A DNA stretch of 46,531 bases, filler included, from Catajapyx aquilonaris (taxonomy: Eukaryota), in the NCBI GenBank assembly GCA_000934665.2. It is 2 parts of 2 records of this genome, joined end to end, with 100 filler letters (N's around TTAATTAATTAA, not from the genome) between each part and the next. Parts side by side here need not be neighbours in the genome. Positions count along the whole stretch, not along the records: positions 23,258 to 46,531 come from KZ539404.1; 1 more part is not named here. One strand, given 5' to 3'. Under the pieces are notes generated by a model. That model was not told the origin of the DNA and did not search any database. It was given only the letters and a program-made list of their open reading frames with translations. The position numbers and the translations under genes are program-made. Positions 37,681 to 46,531 of the stretch are shown here, in pieces; within the stretch, counting starts at the first letter, position 1; each line of letters opens with the position of its first letter.

Positions 37681-38792
37681 TACTTTGTTACCCTCCCTCA
37701 CAACCCCAAATATTATGTCCACGACCCCATTTGGGGTCGGGACCCACAGTTTGGGAAGCCCTTCTATAACACATGACGAAGACATGCAGTTTTCATATGC
37801 GGTATTCATATGCCGATGGATTCCCATACTCCCAACACTCCCCGTGGTTTAAAAATTAATTTATCACTCGCTACTCAACATTCATTGCTTCCATATCTGA
37901 CTGGGCAGTCTTTTTGACAGAGTGGTCCTGAACAAGGTCACATTGCCACTGTGTCAAATGATAAAATCAAAATCTGTCAGTGCGCGTAACACTACATCGG
38001 GATCACTATTGATTTATGCAGAGGATGTCGCAAGAGACCCATATGGAAATTTGTTATATGACCCTGGCTCATTTTCATTTGAATGACCCTTATTCAATAA
38101 TGCAAGCATCCAAACTTCAAACGCGAATATCTCAAAATGACAAACAGCCGAGTTACAGGGTTTTGACTGGGGGTGTCAGCACTGCTGCACAAATTACAAC
38201 TACATTGTTTTTGCATATCACACGTGTCTTGCTGCATGACCTTTTGCATCCATACCTCACTCATCCCTCCTCCTGAATCCATTTCAAGAGTGTCAACTGC
38301 CCATTCCCTGCTCTTGTCCAGTCACCATCATCCCCTCCACAACCTCTACCATCATAGTGCAGTCCTCTTCTTTCTTGAAACATGGTCAGAAGTGACATGA
38401 TCCTGAAAATATCAGGCAAATATAAAGTACTGTTGTAATGGCCCAGTGCTGCCATGTCACTGGCCTTCGGTGACCCTCACCAACAAGTTCCAATCCAAAA
38501 AAACGAAACCCTGTGTACTCTGCCTATTTGCACCAATCCTACCGCCTCCACCTCCAAAGAACAGACCCTCAAAAAATTTCCCGAGTTGATAGGAAAGAAA
38601 AACGGCAGCCATGCGGTCGCTTTCTCTGGGGCAAGCGGCAAGGTTGCTCTGGAGGACTCGCTCGCCTCGGCCATCTTTGGGTGAGTTCAAAACTTCAAAA
38701 ATATCACACTTTTGGGCAGCTTTTGGGGCAACTTGTGGAGAGTATGCGTTATTCCAAGTAGCGGTGACTCCTGTCACTGCTACTTCGCCGTA

Positions 38793-39060
38793 CAGTGGAA
38801 CCTCCTCGTACTTCCCTAACTTCGAATGTTCCAGAGTTTGAACGCAAAATTCGAGAGAAATTCGACACGGAGTTTGAACGACGATGCTTCTAAGTTCGAA
38901 CTGCGCGCGCAGTGCAAACAAATGCTCTCGCTGCGTAAACGCCATCTGTTTTGCGTACAAGTCATCTCTCGCTCTCGCTGTGAAAGCATATCTCTTGGCG
39001 TTATGCTCATGTGTTTTCAGTGCTTTTATGGCTTCAATTTTTTATGGCTTTTTAATTAAA
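38793..39060 (+). mobile_element. Tigger/pogo-like 5' end fragment
   Basis: TA-CAGTGGAACCTC start with ttcgaa/tttgaacg subterminal repeats. Confidence 0.6.
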
Positions 39061-39506
39061 GTCCGAAAATATGGGCCGAATTTTCGTCCCACTGAGCAGT
39101 ATAGGCCTACCAGTGCAAATTAAGTTTAGCAGTACTAGCAGTGCAGTGGGACGAAAATTTGATCTACAGTACTTCAATGTCTCGTCCCTTTTTCGGGGTT
39201 CAGAGGTCAACTAGTAAGATTCCAACCGATTTTCTTGAAAACTTGTGCATTGGTAGCGCAGCTAGGCCCAGGGATGAAAGACGCACTTAAAGTGCCCTGC
39301 TCGAAATGACCAGCTGTGACCCCATTTTTGAGGGGGGCAGCTGCCCCCCTCAAAAATGGGGTCACAGCAATCGTCGGTCTAAAAAATGAACATTTAGGGA
39401 GCTCTAAAGCTCCCTAAATGTTCATTTTTTAGACCGACGAAAGTTTTTGTGAAAGTCAGACAGTGTCGTCTTATTTTATGTTGATTGTGTATTGCACACG
39501 TGCAAC

Positions 39507-39751
39507 CAGGGGCGGATCCAGCAATTTTTTCTGGGAGGGGCACAAGGGAACTTCTCGGGGGGGGGGNNNNNNNNNNNNNNNNNNNNNNNNNNNNNNNNNN
39601 NNNNNNNNNNNNNNNNNNNNNNNNNNNNNNNNNNNNNNNNNNNNNNNNNNNNNNNNNNNNNNNNNNNNNNNNNNNNNNNNNNNNNNNNNNNNNNNNNNNN
39701 NNNNNNNNNNNNNNNNNNNNNNNNNNNCCCCCCCCCCTAAATCCGCCACTG
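39507..39751. mobile_element. hAT MITE (interior is an N gap)
   Basis: CAGGGGCGGAT...ATCCGCCACTG; perfect 8-bp TSD CGTGCAAC. Confidence 0.92.
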
Positions 39752-41804
39752 CGTGCAACAATCTCATAAAGATGATGATTGTCTCTGACCGTGAACCAGT
39801 TTGCTGCCCCTCGATTCAGGTCCATATGATACAGTATAGGCTACGCCTGGTTTAAATGTGGATAAATTGAGTACAGGCCTGCAGAATTTCAGACACCTAT
39901 TCAGTTTTGCTTCAAATTAGAATACGATCACTGTTGTGCTTGTGTATTCTGTTATGCATTAGCCTTCCTAAAATGCAGTTGGTGTAAGGATCTCCGCATC
40001 TCACGTGTTCCCCACACTTTTTCATTGAATACCACCTCTGAAACAAGTTTGTTGAGTAACCTCATTTATTGAGAGTTCAGGCATTTCAGAGTTCTTCCAG
40101 GCTATGGATCTGAAAATATGACCTTTCCCTAAATGGTATTTGTTAATTTCTTTAACTTACCTGATCATTTTATATACATTCTGCTGTGTTTTAGCTTGCG
40201 ATTTGTTTTCATTATGTAATTTATTACTCTGTGACTACAGGATCTGTAATGTTTTTAATTTTGTTTCATTTTGTCTTTATTTTTCTATTTCGGCGTTTTG
40301 TTTTACAATCAGTTTCGTCCAGTATTATTATTTAGTTCGGCCCTTGGAGCATGTGCTGCATCGGGCGACTTCCCATTTTACATTACAAGGTCATGTATAA
40401 ACATAGCATTCCTTCCAGCCCGTGAACATGCGAAACACATTTTCTTTACAAAGTTCATTTATTTTTCAAAGGGGCGATACAATATATTGTTGAGATTTGG
40501 GGATATCACACTATGATAGTCACACTATATCATAGTGTGATATCCCCAAATCTTAACAATTGTATCGCCCTTTTGAAAAATAAATGAACTTTGTAAAGAA
40601 AATGTGTTTCGCACGTATTAAACAATGTGCAAATTTTTGTTTGAGGTACCCTTTTTACATTGTGCAAATACATTCTTCTCGTAGCATAAAAATGACAGTC
40701 ATACAAGCAATTATAGCCTACAAGTCAAATGGCAACCGCCTGTTACATAATGTATGATACGAGGTCAATTTAGGTGAAACTGCGATAGTCAACTATACTG
40801 TATACGTCAAGGAACGTCACGCACTATACAAATATTACACACAACATATAGACATGTCCCTTTTAACAGTTCACGAAATTTTGGTCATATCCGAAAATAA
40901 TGTCGGGAAGATTATTGTAAACAGGATCCTATCACATTATCTACGCTGGAATTTGTTTCATTGCTCCGAAATTTAAATGAGGAATGATGGTACATTGACT
41001 TCTTGTGACATTCTCCTGTTTCCGAGTATTTTCTATCAAGATGTAGCAGAATGGCGGGGTAATGCCTCCTTCTGTATTGCGTAGCCAAGTAGGTCATGGT
41101 CATGGAATGCCATGCACAATATAGATGATCTGCCCACACATTGTGATAGAAGAAAACGCCATATTTTTGGGGGGTCAATTCCTCCACAAGAATATAAAAT
41201 AATGTGCAGGCCGACATCAGTAATGCATATAAAGTCAGTATTGAGAGCCTCGTCGGTCATCAGACAGTTTTTGGGTCAGAATTTGGACGGTCCAAATTCT
41301 GACCCAAAAACTTCGGTGTGAGTCGAAGCCAATGCATCCGGCCCTGTACAAAGAAGCCCTTTTCTACTTCAAAAAAACAAGCTAATAGCTACGTCGATTA
41401 AGGACACTCAATCGCCAATCAAATGATTTTATTGAACTTCAACTACAGTAGTAGCACATTTTTTGGCATTCTTGCGATAGCAGGCTTATAATTATATAGT
41501 CTGATCCTATGATTGCGCACGTAGATCAGCCCCTTTTAATGATGTAGAGAAAAAATTTAAGGGTAGGCACCGTATGGCACCTTACCACTCTATTGCATCG
41601 CATCCACACCACCTGGTAACTCTACTTTCCAAAAGGGGAAGGTCTAGGAGTGCATTCATATATGGTCCTCAGCAGACTATTAAACCCCCAATCCTCAAGC
41701 ATCCCATTGAATGTTTTAATACGTATAACTACAGCGGCAAATCTGAATATTTAGGGTGGGCTTCTGTCGCCTGGGTTGTTCAGCATCCCTTGCCAATATG
41801 CGAC

Positions 41805-42266
41805 CTAAACGGCGTCCTCAGCATCCATCGTCAAGAGAGTGTCCATCTCTTTTCTGTCCATAGCCCGGTTGATCCTCGGGCCAACTCCGTTGGATGAGGA
41901 TGGGACGTCATCACGCTCCTGTCACAAACATAAGAACCATCAATCACTTTCCAGTCATGTTATAGCCTCTATCATCCGTATACACCCAGTCAGACACCCA
42001 CATGTGACATTCACTCTGGCAGGACCCCTCCCCCTCCCACATGCAGGGTACGTGACAAGCACTGGTGGCTAAAAACCTACCCTTTTGTGGGCGAATCTGT
42101 AGGCAACCGATGAAATGACCATCAAAAGTCCCCCGGCGAAGACGAGGTACACTCCCACATCCTTTTTGTAATCGACAGGAATCAGAGTGTCGACCAAAGC
42201 CCCGGATCCCATGAGAACCATGCCTAATGTGAACAGGGAACAACACAATTTGGCGGGAAGTAACAT
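41805..42266 (-). CDS. Unrecognised small two-transmembrane protein, paralogue 1 (99 aa; exons 42266-42081, 41918-41805)
   Basis: MLLPAKLCCSLFTLGMVLMGSGALVDTLIPVDYKKDVGVYLVFAGGLLMVISSVAYRFAHKR|ERDDVPSSSNGVGPRINRAMDRKEMDTLLTMDAEDAV*. Phase-0 GTAGGT..ACAG intron and AATAAA at 41433-41428; structure shared with paralogue 2. Confidence 0.72.
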
Positions 42267-44044
42267 GTCTTCTTCGACGGTACGGCGGCAGGTGATGAAC
42301 CGATCGAGTCGCTCAATCACAGGTACGGGATGAAGTGTCGGGCTCTGTCGGGTTCCACGTGTTAAAGAAAGATGTGTCTGACCCCACCTCTCGTGTCGTC
42401 TTCACCTTCTGGCTGCGTATCATTGGCTATAGGACTAATAATGCATTACCTAATTGTTCTCAAGGAGGCATTGTTTTAGTAGTTTTCGTCCTCCTTATAG
42501 AGAGCTTGCGCTGGATTGCTTGAAATGTTTCTTGGCCTACCTGGTGGTACTTGTCACCATTGTTGTTGTTGTGAAAGCCACTTATCGCGTTTGCATGGAT
42601 CACATTTATTGCGTCTAAAAACACCCACCATCAGTGCATTGATTTCCATCTTTTTAATTATTAGCGATAGAAAAATTAAAACATGACGTATCGGGCAGCA
42701 GTAACTAAAAGACGAGATCCTTGATATCAATGACTGCTATAATCTTGATTTCTTGAACATGATTGACACAATCCTATAGGCTACAACCAAGCCCGACGTA
42801 CCGATGAACCAAGAATATAATATCGGCATACGTCTTCTAATAGGGCACCAAATTTTGGTCATATCCGAATGGTATAGGAGCAGTACAGGACAATATTCTC
42901 AACAAGAAAGGGGGAGACGGGCGCTCCACATACACATAATTATGTACTGTACACATCGTGGTACACATACGTACAGTACACACACTGATATTTTACCGAG
43001 TCCAACAGCCATAAAGGCAGGTGACCCACTATTCACAGTGTCACACTTATTCCACAACAATGACCCTGGCCTATTTCAGGTGTTTGGATTGCATCTTGTT
43101 GGTCTTTGGAAGATGCTCAACCTGAGAATCGTAACAGGAACACAGTCACATTTTTGGCTCCACTGACATTGCCTACTTAATCATTGGAATTTTCTTCATT
43201 GCTCCGATTAGTTAAATGGAGTATGAAGCTTCGTTGACTTCATGTGGCATTCTCTGTTTTGCAGCACTTCCTATCAAGTTGTAGCGGAATGCCGGGGCAA
43301 TGCCTCCTCCTGGACGCCTTTCTGCTATGCGTAAACACTACCGTATCACAGTATGTCATGGAATACCATACACAACTTCCTGATCTGCACACACATGGGG
43401 ATAGTAGAAAACATCCATATTTGGTCTCATAGCGGGTGGGTGCACGTGTTACGAAAAAATCCTCCCCCAAGAGAATAGAAGCGCTATACAATATACATAC
43501 CGGTAAGTTACATATAGCAACAGAAGCTTAGAAGTAGCACATGATTATTGCCATGTTATGTGAAGCACGGGCCGATTTTTTTTCAGATACCCATCATGCA
43601 TCGTATAATATTCATTAATGCCCGGGAGTTTCTGATAACTAAGAAATGCTTTACAAGTTCCGATAGAAAAACTTCCGTGGGAGTCAAGGTCAACGAACCC
43701 GGCACTGTAGAAAGGCGACTGTGGTCCAGCGCCGCATTTACACCTCCCCAGCTCCCCTCCCCCCCACCCCCACCCTAAGACAATATATTATTGCCTATTG
43801 TGCCTAATGGGAAATCCGGCGCTGCTTGTGTGTCTTAAAAAAATGCTTACCAAAGCTTTATCAATAAGAACACTCCCAAGTTCACACAAACACGTTTTAT
43901 TTAACTTCCAACATAATTTTCAGTGACAAAATTGGCACATCTGAATAGTTAGGGTGGGCTTCTTTCGCCAGTTCCGCTTGGTCGTAGGTTGGTCCCCATG
44001 GGTTGGTTGTTCAGCCCCCCGCTGCAATATGCGATGCGATGTTC

Positions 44045-44531
44045 CTAAACGACGTCCACAGAGTCCGCCAAGGGAGTGCCCACCTTGTTTCTGTCCATTT
44101 CTGGGTTGATCCTCGGGTCAGCTTTGTTGACTGAAGATCCAGGTGGGACTCCATCATACTCCTGTCCACAAAGACAATAACCATCACTCACTTTCCAGTC
44201 ATAGCCGCTGTCGTCCGTACACTCACTCAGATGGGACGCCCATGCGTGACATTCACTCTTTCAGATTTGCAGGAATCCCCCCAGGTATAACTTACGTAAC
44301 CACCACTTACGGCTAAATACTTACCATTTCGCACGAGAAACTCAAGGCGACCGATCCAACGAGGATAAGAATACCTCCGATTAAGATGAAGGTCAAACCC
44401 AATTTCTTTTCCTTGGCTAGGTCGTGGTGTAGGTAATGGTGAGGAATGTCGGACTCGATCAGCACTCCCAATCCGAAGAGCACCACGCCGGATATTATGA
44501 TGCCCCTTGACACTCGTCCAAGGTGACTCAT
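44045..44531 (-). CDS. Unrecognised small two-transmembrane protein, paralogue 2 (107 aa; exons 44531-44325, 44161-44045)
   Basis: MSHLGRVSRGIIISGVVLFGLGVLIESDIPHHYLHHDLAKEKKLGLTFILIGGILILVGSVALSFSCEM|EYDGVPPGSSVNKADPRINPEMDRNKVGTPLADSVDVV*. Phase-0 GTAAGT..ACAG intron and AATAAA at 43901-43896. Confidence 0.75.
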
Positions 44532-44952
44532 GTTTCGTGCTTTGGCGGTACGGCAGGTATTGAACGGATCGACTCACTCACAAATACCGTTACTGGATGT
44601 TATGATGTGTCGGGCGCTGTCGTGTTCCAAGTGCGAAAGAAAAGTGTGTCCGTCATCACCCTCATGTCGTCCTCACCTTCTCGCCGCGTCTCATTGGCTG
44701 GGACAAATTCATTACCTCATTGCTCGCAAGGGGGGCTATTTTAAAGAAGGAGGGCATTGTTTTACTGAGTGCAGAAAAATCGCTATCAAACACCCCCCCC
44801 CCNGCCGATTTTCATGAAATTCGGTGCATTGGTTGGATTTATAAAGAATGACATTTTCTCAGGACATATTTATGTCAATAAAGCAGTGTTTGACACAAAC
44901 AAAATGATGTCAAATACTGGACAAAACGTACTTGTGAAACAAAAAAACAAGA

Positions 44953-46531
44953 GAGTCATTCCATGTCAAATCATCAAATAAATAATAAGTTTTGGATTTT
45001 GATGTCATGGATTTGGCTAATTTTTGGGAGACCTGTTCCTTCCCATCTGACATGGACAAAAATATATTTGAAATTTTTTTCCTGTCATCGGTTTTTGAAT
45101 TTTGGAATGTTCAATAATTGCAAAACCTCCCAAAAACCGCTCACCGACAAACCTTTAAATATGATTTCCCAGAGATCCGTTCCAGCTGGCAATGATCTCA
45201 TTTTAAAGCCAATGAATAGGGCTTTCATATGATATATATGTAACATGTATTGTTATTCAGGACACATACGTTTTTCGGGACTTTTCAAAATTTCTTTTTA
45301 CATTTTCCAAAAATAGGTATGATTTAAAATGTTCCTAATATTCACACATATTGGTACATATCTACTGAAGGTCTTGTGAAAATTTCAGTGTGGGATCTCT
45401 ATGCTGTCATACGAAGATGGAATTTCATTACATGTGAGGAAAATAATGATAACTGGGTCATTCCATCTCAATTCTGCTTCTGAAAAGTTGTGGCTTGACC
45501 CCTTCCGATGTAACTGAAAAAATCAAGTAGGTAGGTATCCACACCTAATTGCGAAATCCTCAATTTGAGGCCGCTGGAGTCAAATCTCACGGAGATATAA
45601 CAATGGAAAGTTCAACAATGACGTCCATGTCAATCTATTTCTTGGAGCATCCCCTATTCAGAAATGCATAAACCATTCTTTACCCATGAGGGATAACTGA
45701 TCAGCGAATTTTCAAACGTATGGGTGCATAAGGCGGTGCACGGAATCATGCACCCATACGTTTGAAAGTTCACTGATCAATTATCCCCCATGGGTAAAGA
45801 ATGGTTTATGCATTTCTGAATAGGGGATGATCTAAGAAACAGATTGACATACCAAATGTCAAAATCGGTCAAGTCGTACCTCGAGAAATTTGAGCTCGAA
45901 AATAGGCAAAATGAGGTAACTCATATTTTCGGGATTTTTTATTTCTAACCCTGCTTGACCAATCACAATGAGGTTATGCATGTGCATTTAGGCACAGGTG
46001 ATTGCCCTGTATCCTAAATATCACTTTATTAAAAATTCATAATGTTATGAGTTATGTCTATCGGGAATATAGAGTGATTTGATTTGGACATAAATGTGCG
46101 AATTTTTTTCGACGTCGTTTTTCGAGTTAGGTCGAATATTTTCCAACCATGTTATTCCTCTCTTGATTACGTTCCATTTGATATGTAACGTGTTGGTGTT
46201 GGGAGAACAGTCTGAACAGTTCAGTAAAAATTTACATGGACATCATTGTTGAACTTTCCATTGTTATATCTCCGTGAGATTTGACTCCAGCGGCCTCAAA
46301 TTGAGGATTTCGCAATTACTTGTAGGTGTGGATACCTACCTACTTGATTTTTTCAGTTACATCGGAAGGGGTCAAGCCACAACTTTTCAGAAGCAGAATT
46401 GAGATGGAATGACCCAATTATCATTATTTTCCTCACATGTAATGAAATTCCATCTTCGTATGACAGCATAGAGATCCCACACTGAAATTTTCACAAGACC
46501 TTCAGTAGATGTGTACCAATATGTGTGAATA
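44953..46531. mobile_element. Nested Sola-like fold-back elements (outer from 44953, running off the window; inner 45455-46415)
   Basis: Outer start GAGTCATTCCATGTCAAAT. 45339-45630 is mirrored at 46235-46531. Inner termini GGGTCATTCCA...TGGAATGACCC are flanked by AACT/AATT. Confidence 0.75.

Noticed and set aside
38457..38960. 167-aa ORF and a possible spliced ORF at 38674-38261
   Set aside because: It partly overlaps a Tigger-like end; no recognisable motif or supporting paralogue.

Overview
Animal genomic DNA, probably from an arthropod or hemimetabolous insect (inferred from SINE type and the Rpd3 N-terminus). It comes from a gapped draft assembly with an artificial N44-TTAATTAATTAA-N44 contig linker at 23158-23257. 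Much of the window is non-autonomous transposable elements: Tc1/mariner and Tigger, Harbinger, hAT, Sola-like and Academ-like MITEs, a deleted Helitron and tRNA-derived SINEs, often nested. Host genes, all on the minus strand, are (i) a divergent three-exon Cdc25 phosphatase (16257-15127) whose N-terminus appears built by exon+intron duplication, (ii) coding exon 1 of HDAC1/Rpd3 (25674-25626) and (iii) a tandem pair of unrecognised, highly diverged ~100-aa two-transmembrane genes (42266-41805, 44531-44045). A stop-interrupted THAP domain is carried as cargo inside a Sola-like element. Many short near-perfect fold-back palindromes occur throughout. All calls were made by eye, without database searches.
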